64,000 bases of DNA from Octopus vulgaris (Eukaryota), in the NCBI GenBank assembly GCA_951406725.2, contig OX597815.1:150040001-150104000 (forward strand), given 5' to 3'. The position numbers and the translations under genes are program-made. Under the pieces are notes generated by a model, which ran no database searches, had not been told where the DNA came from, and worked only from the letters and a program-made list of their open reading frames with translations. This document shows positions 36,975-49,670 of this stretch, in pieces (position 1 is the first letter of the stretch; every line of letters starts with the position of its first letter).

Positions 36975-37181
36975 TACTACAGACACAAGGCCTGAAATTA
37001 TGGGGAGAGGCTAGTCGATTACCTCAACTCCAGTGTTCTACTGTTATCTATGTCATCGATCCCGAAAGGGTGAAAGGCAAAGTCCACCTCGGCAGAATTT
37101 GAACTCCGAACGTAAGGACAGACGAAATACTGCTAAACATTATACCCTACTTGCTAACAATATTGCCAGCTCATTGCCTTA
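36975..37181 (-). mobile_element. Family-1 SINE
   Basis: Full-length match to 1335-1540. Confidence 0.85.
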
Positions 37182-37194
37182 AATTAACTCTGAT

Positions 37195-37925
37195 AATGAC
37201 ATAGAGCTCAGCCAGAGAGACATTACCCAACATCATTAATAAATGATGGGATGAAACGAGTAAAGGAAATAGACATACGAACATTAAGGAAATTCAACAG
37301 AAATACCACACCAGACTTTAAAATACTCCCATATATCTCCACACAAAACCCTAGAAACAACGAAGCCTTCAATATTATCCCCCAAAATCTACCCATTCTC
37401 ACAAGAGATAAAACAATGAACAAAATTTTAGGCTCACACAATATTGCAACGGAAATCATTGACAAAAATATTAACCAGCACAAGACTTTATCCATTAACA
37501 ACGGAACCAAAGGTGAAAAAATACGGTCGGCATAACTGTGGCACATGCCCCCACTTTTTGGAGGGTACAGAGTAATACTTTAAACGAGGAGAAATATTTA
37601 AGATTAAATGAAATTTCACATGAACCTCAGAAAACTTAATCTATGCCATTACCTGCTTAGGGTGCGGTAATCAATACATTGGCTAAACAGGAATATCACT
37701 CTGTCAAAAAGCCACTCTTCACAAAGAACACATCCGCCACCCACAATATAGACAGATACAAGTCAGTGAACACATAGATAGGTGTGCTAGGAACCTTAAT
37801 CCAAATTTCTTAATTTTCCCATTCTGTTAATGTTCACAGAACACCTCAGTACCATAAAGAATGAATAAAGAAGCAACTTTCGTCAATACCTGTCATCCAC
37901 AACTTAACATGAAGACAACATAATA
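37195..37925 (+). pseudogene. Degraded Neptune-type PLE thumb + GIY-YIG, related to 12360-14747
   Basis: LPYISTQNPRNNEAF..NCGTCP..ENLIYAITCLGCGNQYIG..VSEHIDRCA..PQLN, with several stops. Confidence 0.88.
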
Positions 37926-38796
37926 CAGAGCACTACTAAACTTACCAATAATGCCACTAACACCTATACATTCCTTGTACCATTCATATTACAGTAGTAT
38001 ATCGACTCTAATTGCACCACGTCCAGAACAACTTACCTCCCTTACAGAATTTTTTTACTCAGGGACTAGTAGATTCGACACCGTTTGGTAATCGGTACGC
38101 ATTAGAAGCCAGTGAACAGCAATGACGATAACGGTTTGATTTTGAATCTCTTCAACAATTCAAAATAATGAATTTAATTCCTGTTAATTCTACCTCAGTT
38201 AATCTAATTGTATTTATTTATCGCTACTTTTCATTAAAAAGCCTTTATTTTTTTTATATTCAATGTGCATTTTCGCTTTTTTCCTGACTTCCCCCATATC
38301 TTTTCCACGTGTAGCTTCTATTTTCCTTTTGAAACGTATTTCTTTTATATATATATAACTGTGTGTGCGTGTGTGTGTATGTGTTTAATCAGTTGTTTGT
38401 GCAGTTTTGTTAATATATGTAATTTATTAGCCACAACTGTTAATGCAGATTCGTTAAAGCGTCACATAAGCTGTCATACGTGTTTCTTCCGAATCTTTAC
38501 ATGCTGAGTTGAAATTTCGTTGTGATCAACTTTGCCTTTCATATTTCCAGGTCAATAGATTAAAGTTCCGGTCAAGCACTGGGACTGAGATCATCATAAA
38601 ACTCCTCATTCTAAAATTCTTAACCTTTTATAAAGATTATTATTTTGGTGTAACTCCGCTTTCACTACGTTCGTGATTATGTCATTTCATTGCATACGCG
38701 GATCTACATTGATAAATGCATCCTTATTTATTTAAGACAATAGTGCCTAAGTTAAGTAATATTTGGTTGGTACTACTCAAAGTGTGAGTGACCATA

Positions 38797-39308
38797 CCGT
38801 ATATCCTCGTGTATAATCCGCATTTTTTCCCCAAAATTTAAAGGTCAAAATCCCTAGTGCGTAATATATACGAGGTTAAAAATGAGGATTATTTTCTAAG
38901 CAATGTCCGAGTCTCTATTTGCTGTCCGGCAATGTTTATTCAGACGCATTTTGTGATGTCGGGTGCGAAAATACCATAAGCTAAGCCTGAAAGCAATGAC
39001 GTCATAAAAGAATCATCCATAACTTGCAGTAAGCAATATTTATTAAACGTTATTACTGTTATTTCTTTATTTTCTGCAAACAAAATGCACAAAAAAGCTA
39101 CACGTTTGCGTTATGTTATATATACAATAATAATAAAGGACATTACCGTATACATTTTTACAAACCAAGGACGTTGTATAGACATCCATGACTCAAGTTA
39201 GGGAAGTGGTGCGTATTATACACAAGGTTTAGGTTTTTCAGAAGTATAGTCCCCTAAAAAAAACCTGCATATTATACTCAAGGGCGGACTATACTCGAGG
39301 ATTCACGG
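38797..39308. mobile_element. MITE (Tc1/mariner superfamily, CCGTA-type ends) with a TA target duplication
   Basis: TA|CCGTATATCCTCGTGTATAATCCGC ... GCGGACTATACTCGAGGATTCACGG|TA. Confidence 0.85.
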
Positions 39309-39424
39309 TATGTGCCTTACACTTTGACTCGGTAGTCCACGAGTTTCTTGACTAACGTGAGCCCGATAAGTTTATCTTATTGAAAAACTTGAAAGAATAA
39401 CTTATAGATATACGACAATATGTG

Positions 39425-39810
39425 AGCTTCCAAGGGCGGTATTTCTTCTGTCTTTACGTCCTGAGTTCAAATTCCGCCGAGGTCGACTTTGTCTTTCATC
39501 CTTTCAGGATCGTTAAATTAAGAACCAGTTGCGTACCGGGGTCGATGTAATCGACTGGCCCCCTCCTCAGAATTTTCGGGCCTTGTGCCTAGAGAAGAAG
39601 AGCATCGTTAGCACGCCGGGCAGTTTTTCGTCTGCCGTTACGTTCTGAGTTGAAATTCCACAGAGGTCAAACTTTGCCTTTCATCATTTCGAGGTCGATT
39701 AAATAAGTACCAGTTACGCAGTGGGGGTCGATGTAATCGACTTAATTCCTTTATCTGTCCTTGTTTGTCCCTTCTTTGTTTAGCTCCATGTGGGCAATAA
39801 AGAAATAAAT
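39425..39810 (+). mobile_element. Two tandem family-1 SINEs with different 3' tails
   Basis: The first ends GGGCCTTGTGCCTAGA. The second ends TTTGTCCCTTCTTTGTTTAGCTCCATGTGGGCAATAAAGAAAT. Confidence 0.85.
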
Positions 39811-40375
39811 ATGTGAGCTTACAGAGTAGTCTCTTCACACATTTATTAAATGGCGGTCAGTTGGTTGAATTATTTGAATTTTGGCGAGAATGATAGAGGG
39901 GCATTCGTTCTGCAATTTTGCTTTCTACATTCAAATACCGCTACGGATTATGCAGTTTCTTTTCCCGTACCCCCTTGTCGATAGAACAGTGGAATTACTT
40001 GAACGTCGGACGGTATTCTTTTGAATGTATACCGGGTTGAAGTACTGCCCAGTCATCGAAGCTCCATGGAGTTTGTATCAAGAAATTTGAGCAAAAACAG
40101 GGAAATATAATTTTCTTGTTTCGATCGACAGCCACCAACAGAATTATTAGTTTCAAATTTTGGAAGAAAGAAGAGGGGCTAAGTCGATTTAACCGACTCT
40201 AGATCCCAACTGGTACTTATCTTATCGACCCAGATGGGATGGAAAGTTCACCTCGGGGTATCAATAATATAATTATTATCGTTTATTCTTTTTTGTTTCG
40301 GAGTTACAAGTTTGGGAATTACAAGTTTCGCTACTTTAAACATTTAAAAATAAATATCTAAAACACTTGTTAATT

Positions 40376-40433
<58 letters not shown>

Positions 40434-40571
40434 ATGTGTGTGTGTGTGTACATATATAAATATACATATACACATATTTACAGATGCATATATATACATA
40501 TATATATATGCATATACATATAGATATATACATATACATATATATATATATATATATACATACACACACAC

Positions 40572-40658
<87 letters not shown>

Positions 40659-41782
40659 ACAAATACATTTTGTAATTTCAATTTTTATTACCAGATTATC
40701 GAAGATTGTAAATGTTCAGACGGAGATTACGATTGAAATTCAAAATAGAACAGGATAAGAAAATGACGTTTGTGTTAAATTGAAAAACAATAAATTAAGA
40801 GAAATTTCTGACAAAAACAAAAACCTTGAACAAATGCAGTTCGTTTTCAACCTCATGTAGAAATAAGAAATAAGAGTGAGCGTCTTTCTGAAAACCAGTT
40901 ATTTGAAAGTTCTATTCATATTAGCCACAAGGCAACATGTTTAGAACCAGTTGACTTAGGTTTTTTATTCTGTTATGTTCTTATATATTTTACATTCCAA
41001 ATTTGCTCCAACATTCCTCACTGTTCTATGATTGAAGAATCCCTGCAGTCAATATAATCGTATTTTCACTGTTAGAAACAGTTGCTATATAGCTACAAGA
41101 CTGCTAGATTTTTTATTTGTTTCCATTTGTAGTTACATTATCAATCACTATTAACAGAAGAATTAAGACGGCGGGCAGACAGTATCGTTAGAACGGTGGG
41201 CAAAATGCTTCGCGACATTTCGTTCGTTTTCATGTTTAGATTTCAAATTCCACCGAGACAGCTGGCTTTTGACCAGAACTTCAAACCAATATTATCAAAA
41301 CATTGTCATATACATTGCACATTGTATTTGATAATATTCCTTTACGCTTTGATTTTGCTTGTCACTGAAGGCAAATTCTCTTTTCATCTTTTCCGTTAAT
41401 AGTAGAAATTGTCAGTTTAAGAGATGAGGAATTATGTACATTATTTACAAATATAAATAATGTAAATAATGTAGAAATAGTCAGTCAAATACTAGAATAG
41501 ATTTACAACCACAAATGGTGTATCTTGTTCACGTTCTGATAAATTCCATATAAATAACAGATTTGTAGATTGAAAGAATTTAAAGAGAGATATATCAAAT
41601 GCCACTGAAATGGTCCTTTACAGAAGATGAATTAAGTGCGTTAGAATGATTGAAATTACTGAGGTTGTGCACGTTTTCATCTAAAAGGTTCCTATGTGCT
41701 AACTGCTCTACCAGCTGAAGAATGTACTCGATTAAAATCAGAAGTTGCATTGTATAGACGGTCAGTAGAGGTTATATTACTA

Positions 41783-42170
41783 CGGTTCTCCGCCGGTTAC
41801 TACGACGGGGGCTGGAACTGATTCAATCAACGGAAATGCCTGCTCGTGAAATTAACGTGCAAGTGGCTGAGCATTCCACAGACATGTGTACCCTTAACGT
41901 AGTTCTCGGGGAGATTCAGTGTGGCACAGAGCGTGAAAAGACTTGGCATTTTGAAATACAATACAGGTACAACAGAAACAGGAAGAAATAGTGAGAGAAA
42001 GTTGTGGTGAAAGAGTACTACAGGGTTCGCCACATTACCCTGCCGGGGCCTCGTGGAGATTTAGGTGATTTCGCTCAATAAACACTCGCAACGCCCGGTC
42101 TGGGAATCGAAATCTCGATCCCATGACAGCGAGTCCACTGCCCTAAGCACTGGGCCATTGCCCCTCCACA
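41783..42170 (-). mobile_element. Family-2b SINE
   Basis: Reverse copy of 26618-27000. Confidence 0.85.
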
Positions 42171-42610
42171 GAGGTAATATACTACAATGTGGTGAGAACA
42201 GTTGTGTGCATCGAAGACAGCCCGAGTGATGACCTGGAAGTCTTCAAAGTGCGATTATTTTGTTGTTTGGAACAAACCATATAATCAGGGCTCCGGTTGA
42301 ATCGTCACTATCTGAGCCTCTACGGGAAAGTGCAAGGAGACAAAACTATGCTACACACACAATGTCAATGACCGTGGGCTGCGGGTTTGGGTACATATTG
42401 AACAGTTATTATCAGGCGCAGGACGGATTCAACAATTAAATGTGTTTCTAGATTAAGTCAATGCATTCTGAAATAAAGAATGATACCATGGTCCGTCTAT
42501 TTACTGAATTGCAAAAAGTGACATAATATATTTTGTTTTCTCTCTCTCTCTTTCTCTTTCTCTGTCTCTCTCTAGATACAATCATAGGTACATTTATATA
42601 CACGCACATG

Positions 42611-42641
<31 letters not shown>

Positions 42642-42642
<1 letters not shown>

Positions 42643-43122
42643 CAAATCAAATTGCGATAAAATAAAAATAATTATAATCGCTGGTATTACTAACACAAGC
42701 CATATATTTTTCATATATCAGTACATTAAGGCGAAATATGTGCTAGGAATACAGAAGCTTGATAAAGTAAGTGAAATGAAGATAAAAACATTTACTAAAC
42801 CGGTAATTCTCAGACTGCAGTTTCTTTCTTTTCAGCAATAAAGATAATTTATTTGCTCAGGGAGAATTCTTCAGTGAGACCCTGTTTTTCTGGGATCCTA
42901 ACTCACTAGAAGCATGTGCGTCTAATGATTTACTCTCCCTAACTAATCATATCACTGCGCAGACTCCGAACGTCCCGACAAAACTAGGGAATTCTGGTAT
43001 ATCGCCTGGCGCTCATAATTTATCGAGAAATATGTAAACAAATCAAATTGCGATAAAATAAAAATAATTATAATCGCTGGTATTACTAACACAAGCCATA
43101 TATTTTTCATATATCAGTACAT
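42642..43122 (-). mobile_element. Non-coding HHR element with a 396-bp unit and an 85-bp perfect terminal direct repeat (retrozyme-like), in (TA)n
   Basis: 42642-42726 is identical to 43038-43122. An intact HHR lies inside, there is no meaningful ORF, and (TA)n lies on both sides. Confidence 0.85.
42808..42879 (-). ncRNA. Intact type I hammerhead ribozyme; predicted GUC cleavage between 42813 and 42812
   Basis: TCTCA-CTGAAGA-ATTCT..AGCAAATAAA/TTTATTGCT..AGAAA-GAAA-CTGCAG-TC-TGAGA. Confidence 0.88.
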
Positions 43123-43160
43123 ATATATATCAGTACATATATATATATATATATATATAT

Positions 43161-43912
43161 CAACAATTGAGGGTAAAATTAATTAATTAATCAATTTCAC
43201 CAAGTGTTCAGTATGTAAAAGGACCATTTAAGGCGAATTCAAAATATTACATTATATAATTAGGGCTTAGTAAAATAAATTACTTTGCCACATACTGAAC
43301 TTAGTAGAAATAGCAGCCAAAAAGAAAATTTCTCTCAGATAATGTTTACTCCAGACAGCTCACGAAGGTTTGGGGGTAAATACAGAAAAATATCACAAGT
43401 ACATAGATCGTTTGAGTACGTCAACGTTTCAAGAGAAATGAATTCTCTCGGTCATACTGCCTCGGTTCTCGCGGTTAAAATATAATGTTTGCTAGATAGA
43501 CCACGTGGGTGGAATGGGGAGTGCAGAATTTTACTCCTGCGCATTTTGAATTTGTTGACACTGTTAGTTGGAGTGGTTCATCTGAAGCGACAAGTTCGCT
43601 GATAGGTAAAGTTCCTTCTTTTTAGTGTTTCCAAATCCAAATTAAGAAATTTTGAGCTGACGAAAGAAATGCTGATTTTATTTGGCTAATCTTCAAACGT
43701 TGACGTACTCAAACGATCTATGTACTTGTGATATTTTTCTGTATTTACCCCCAAACCTTCGTGAGCTGTCTGGAGTAAACATTATCTGAGAGAAATTTTC
43801 TTTAATCGTCACAGAAATGCTAAGAAAATTTTTTTTTTTTTTTTTGGCTGCTATTTCTACTAAGTTCAGTATGTGGCAAAGTAATTTATTTTACTAAGCT
43901 CTAATTATATAA
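43161..43912. mobile_element. Fold-back element in (TA)n without a recognisable HHR (arms about 43252-43429 and 43695-43912)
   Basis: Near-identical inverted arms, a one-sided tail at 43161-43250, and the motif AGAAATAGCAGCCAAA. Confidence 0.85.
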
Positions 43913-43995
43913 TATATATATATATATACATATAATTTTTGTCATAATCGGATAAAGAACCGAGGCTGTGTAGATTTTAGAACATCTATAGATAG

Positions 43996-44043
43996 GTCTT
44001 ACAGCTGTTTCCAAGATATTTATCATATCCCTTCATCGGAGAC
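43996..44043 (-). ncRNA. Minimal type I hammerhead motif with a CCGAUGA core
   Basis: GTCT-CCGATGA-AGGGATAT-GATAA-ATATCTTG-GAAA-CAGCTG-TA-AGAC, inside a (TA)n-flanked insert at about 43935-44135. Confidence 0.75.
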
Positions 44044-44133
44044 GGTGTGAGAGGATGGTTAAATAACAGTTAATTTAGATAAGATACGAAATAGAGAGTG
44101 ACATGGGGGAATGAATATAGATGTGAGATGCAT

Positions 44134-44166
<33 letters not shown>

Positions 44167-44169
<3 letters not shown>

Positions 44170-44345
44170 TTGAAATGTACAGAAAAACGAAGACAAGTGT
44201 ATAAACAAAAAGCACGTGTATTAGTTAAATGCTCGGGAAGATCAGAATGTCTTTTACGTTTTGAGCCTACGCTCGTCAACAGAAAGGAATACGAGGAAAT
44301 AAAAAAGAGAGAGAATAGAAAAAAACTTCGATCTAGAAGTCAATC
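44167..44345 (-). mobile_element. Short element with a variant HHR-like motif (copy 4 of 4)
   Basis: CTTT-CTGTTGA-C-GAGC-GTAG-GCTC-AAAA-CG-TA-AAAG, ending TTTCAACTG(TA)n. Confidence 0.7.
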
Positions 44346-45192
44346 ATATGTGTACATGCGTGCGTGTGTGTCTGTGCGCGCGCGTTAGTGTGTGTTGTGT
44401 CTGTATATATATGTACAGGAGTTCAGAAAAGAGTGAACAAGAAGCAAACTTCAAAAAGATATATACACTGGTAATTGATTTGATCGAATACAACCTTTAT
44501 GACGAAGCCACAGCATGATTGCTATCCAATGACTAAAAGGATTACAAGAGTTAAAGAATAGATAAAATAATGCAGTATGTGAAATATACTGTAAGGATTG
44601 AGAGAAATGCCAGTGATAATCAATACGATAATTAAAAGAAAAGAAATTACTATGGAATGCGTCTTTAAAGGAGAGAAAATACAGTGACATGATTTCTATA
44701 TGTAAGATTTTCAATGGATAAGTAAAGCAAGAAAGAGACATCATGTGCACTATATTTCTATCAAAATAGGAAATAAACGAAATAATTCTCAGCGTGGGAG
44801 AAAAGGAAGAAAATGTTCCGATAGAGTAAATTTCAACGGTGAGGAAGAACTAATGCTGTTGAAACAAGAACTGCAAAAGACGCCAGAGGAAGAATGTATT
44901 AGGCAGTCTAAAGATAAAACTTTATAGAAGAAAGTCTTTAATAAGTTCGATAAAAATAAAAGGCACGGATGATTAGGTTGTAAGTTATGTTCGAGGAAAA
45001 CGTGTTCCATGATTTGCCTGCAGAAACAGTTACAGTCTGCTTTGGAAATATAGCTGCAACATTCTATAGAATATTTTAACGAAATGTCTGATAAGATTGA
45101 AAGCCTTTAAGATATTCGCCTCCGTCAAGTCACATTGAAGTGACTATCTCTCCCACTAGAACTTCAAATTACCATATACATACATACATACA

Positions 45193-45250
<58 letters not shown>

Positions 45251-45547
45251 TGCATGAGTGCATAGGTGTGTTTGTGTAATTGTGTGTGTGTGTATGTGTG
45301 TGTGTAAATATATGTGTGTATATGTATGTGTGAAGTGGATAAATGTCTATGTGTATGCGCAGGGTTTGGAAGTTAAATATTTATTCACAAGCAGAGACAG
45401 TGCTACACACATACACACGCGCGCGCGCACACACAAACACACACACAGATACTGTGTACATCACTGTTATATCTTGCTATGAATGTCATTCCTATCTCAC
45501 AAACATAGACACTCAAATACTATCGCTCTCTTACTATATGCATGCAT

Positions 45548-45590
<43 letters not shown>

Positions 45591-45676
45591 CATATATATA
45601 TTTATATGCATATACTTACATTAAATATGTGTGTGTGTGTATGTGTGAGAGAGAGAGAGTGAGAGAGAAGATATGA

Positions 45677-47050
45677 CAGGTTGTCAGATAAGTCCTGTCG
45701 TTTATCAGGATGCAGAAGAAACAAACGCCTCTTTGTATTAATTTATAGATTCAATCAAGAGAATATGTTCCTTTGTTATTGATGACAAAATTCCATCTAT
45801 GTGATAATTTCCTCACCCATAGCGCGTGGAATACTTGAAGTTTCGAAGCAAGGAAACGATATTATCCTTTACATTTTTTTTTAACTCTTCATAATTTATA
45901 AATAATCTGTTGTGTCTGGAGAGAGTTATTTTCTTTTTGTGACTTACAATTGATCACACTCACCGGTAAATTATAAGGCACAAAAATAAAATGACTCTCC
46001 CAAAGCACAACATAATATACTTCAACACACGAACTCATATAAAGAATCTTGCAAACAAAATTCAAAAACGAAATATATAAACAGTTTTCCCTTAAAATAT
46101 TGTTGCCGTGATCTGAAAATATGATAGTCAGAAGGAACAAGGTCATAAGAATAGGGATGGTAGGTGTTAATCTTTCATATTTAGTGTCAGGATGTGTTCC
46201 TGAGTGACATAGATCATACAAAGCAATATCCTTTTATGACTGACCAATGATAAAAATTTTGGTCATTGTTGCCAATTGACAACAACAGTTCTCCGCATAA
46301 ACTGTTTCCTTTGGGGTTTACAATTGATGACAGACATCTTTATGTGGCATCAAACAGAGTGTATAACAATTTATTGGGTGCAGTTCCGGTTTAGGGACGG
46401 ATTATACTTTTTTTTGGCTGGTTGCTAACCACTTATATTTTTGTGAGGCAGGGTTATAGAGGACACAGTTTCATTCGGTTGTGATGAATCTATGGAGGAA
46501 AGGTTTTCTTTCAAGTTTACTCTTAAAAAGCCTGTAGAGGGCAGCACTGAATTGAAGGCAGATGATGGAGATGCACTGACTAAGTTTAGGCATTTTTCTT
46601 AAATCAGGCTCTTTTATGATCGAAGTGTGATTTGAATTGAACTGTTTTTTTTTTCTGATTTTTGTGTAGTCTGCATCACATTTACTTCAACAATATTTTC
46701 AGATGCTCAGTATTGACGGAAATTACACGTCAAGAGCAATGTTCGGGAGCAAAGTTTCCCGAGTGAAACTGGCCAAACCATCGTTGGAAACTTAAAGCTT
46801 CATTTTCCTAGACGGAACTAATATTTGCTGACGCTTCCATTTATGAAGCTTCCCTATTGATTTCATACACTAAACAGCGTCTGATAGATATCGATGCTGG
46901 AATGTGAAAGTAGTGATCACATGTCAGTAACATTGCTATTTAGAAAAACTACTTGTCTGTTCAGACCACTTTTCAGAAGTGAGACTTGCATTTGACTTGT
47001 TTGCACGCTAATTACTATTTCATGCGTGGCTTCAACGTGGGTAATAACAC
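45677..47050 (-). mobile_element. Decayed mariner DNA transposon (transposase pseudogene about 46900-45745, with an insertion of about 190 bp at 45892-46080)
   Basis: IRRCLVYE..RWFGQFHSG, FLHRFITT..VLYN, HHPYSYDLVPSDYHIFRS and KLSHRWNFVINNKGTY. TIR-like CAGGTTGTCAGATAAG at 45677. Confidence 0.85.
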
Positions 47051-48599
47051 ATTGCTCTTCAGAGTATATAAAAAAGGGGATTAAAAATTAAATTCGTCTC
47101 TCGTATTCTGCATAAAAATATGCAATCGCTGGCAACGCAAGTTAACTTAGTTATATTAGAATTACATGAAGTTATGATAAATAGGAATGTAAACTGATCT
47201 CATATGCATGTGTGTGAAGAAAACGTATGTTTTATCTGCTCTTTAAAAATAAAATATATTTGTTAAACTACATGTTTCATCTTCCATTTCTCTCCTTAAC
47301 ATGAAAAATGGATGTTTATATATATAATGTTCCAGCATTTATTGTGCTGTCATCAGAAAAAAATAATAATAAATTTTCTGACTACAGAGCAAGAAGTAGC
47401 TTAATACAACATACTCTACACAGTTTATTTCTGATCACAGACAGAAAAAAATTATGTACATAACCACAATATTGATATTTCACGGTTGAGATAAAAAAAA
47501 TGTGCGCTTTTTAGACACGACTGTCCGTTTTATTTACACCTCTTTTAACCCCAATAATGTAGAGTGAATATATTCATAAATTAATTCTTGTTGACAAAGT
47601 TCGTAAGGATATACAACTTAGGACAGAGTAATTTTTTCCCCACTTGTTATACAAAATATATAAATATGTGCTGCTGTTGTAATTATATTAAGTTGCAGTT
47701 TCTGTAGTTGGGAAAATGAGTCAAGAATTTTAGATACTGATTAAATATAAACAGAAAATTATAAGTTCAATATCCACTACTGGAAACACGAAAAATAAAA
47801 GCAGAATGCTATTACCTGATCAAAATACATTTCACAGCGACTAAAGATATGTCCATGTACGTTGCTATTGTCATTTTCATAATCCTGTGTTGTGTTTCTA
47901 TCAATACATACATACATACACAATCGCACACACACACATACACACGCACGCATGCACACACACACACACACATATTCTTTTTTCGTCAGTTCTCTGTCGT
48001 AGGTCGAAGTTTCTGACATCTCTGAACAATACACATTTGGATGCCGTGGGAAGACAGTTGACGTCCTGATTCCCCGCCCTCGTCACTAGACTGCTTCCCT
48101 GGGCCTCCATGTTAAACATCATATGATATACAAGAGTGGAATGAGCGTCTGCGCATGGTTAAAAATGAGGGTAAGTGACAATAGCAGGTGACAATAGCAG
48201 GTCACTGATCAGCTGATGCCAAACCCTTGTCTAATTGCACAGATCTTCCACTTGGTCCCAATAAACTCGAAGCTGTGGGTCTGGGTCTCCTCCAAATTTT
48301 CGGTTATCCAACGCCATGCTACCGACATACGGTATGACACCCAAATCAAATGTAGACAGTAAAAGGAAAAGTTAGATGACCCTTCCGTCCGTAGACTGGA
48401 GTGGCATCTTAGGCAAGTGCTAGCAACTCCAGAGCTTTCCACACATACATACAAACATACATACATACATACATACATACATACATACATACATACATAC
48501 ATACATACATACATACATACATACATACACACATATATACATACATACACACATACATATATACATACATACATAATACATAGATACATAGATACATAT

Positions 48600-49670
48600 A
48601 ATGAAATCCGTAAACGTAAACAATAGAAAAGAATACTGGTGGAATGTACCAGTGAAAACCTCAATAAAATGTAAGTACAACAGACCTGATATAATGATTT
48701 AGGATAGAGAAGAAGATACTGTACACAGTTGTGGAAACTAGCTGCCCGGCGGATGTTAACATAGAGCTGAAGGTCAGTGAAAATGAGAACACCTATGCTG
48801 AACTACTGAGAAGTCTGCAGTTACTCTATGCGGATTACAAGTTCCGGTTTATACCTGTAACTATTGGGGCCCTGGGATATGTTACACGCTACCTAGCAAT
48901 CCATCTTGAGAAATTAGGCTTCTCAAAAGCAGAAAAGAGAAAGCTGATTCGAAGGCTACAGATCCAATCCATCAATGGAACTGTAAATATATGTAAAACT
49001 TACCAGAAGTTTATCATTCGAATATATATGAACATGTAATATGTAACTATACGCATGAGAATACATACTTAAACATACAAATCTTCACATAAAAATCTAC
49101 ACATACATACATACATACATACATACATACATACATACATACATACATACATACATACATACATACATACATACATACGTACATACATACATATATACAT
49201 ACATACATAAATACATACATAAATACAAAAATACCATGTTGTTGATATTGAAATTCCAATGAAGGAACCTGTTCTTTCTCTATTAGCAAGAAATCTTGAA
49301 ATAAACTGAATAATGACATACATACATATTGGAGTCTTGAGATGTGTAACACAATGCTTTAGGATTCTTAAAACCAAGAACGAGACAGCTAATTCGAAGA
49401 GTACAGATCCAACCCATTAATGGAACTGTAAATTTCTATCAAAGTTTCCAGTTTATCATTTCAATATATACGAGCAGGTCTAGATATGCAACTATGTGCA
49501 TTAGAATACATGCATAAAGCAAAACATAGAAATCTGTACATATACATGCAAACAAAAGTACCCTGTTGTTGATGTTGAAATCCCAATGAGGGAGCCATGA
49601 ATCTAGGTTAGAAACTGGCCCTTTCTCTATTGGTGAGAAATCTTGAACTATAACTGAACAATGACATACA
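48600..49670 (+). mobile_element. Two tandem 3' fragments of an R4/Dong-like RLE non-LTR retrotransposon
   Basis: EYWWNVPV..NRPDIMI..P.DVN..YAELLR..IPVTIGALG restriction-like endonuclease motifs; the 3' UTR contains (CATA)n. Confidence 0.85.

Noticed and set aside
47980-48445. GC-richer unique-looking block overlapping ORF 48209-48664
   Set aside because: No recognisable protein motif, and half of the ORF is microsatellite. Possibly an old retroelement remnant, but this is unsupported.
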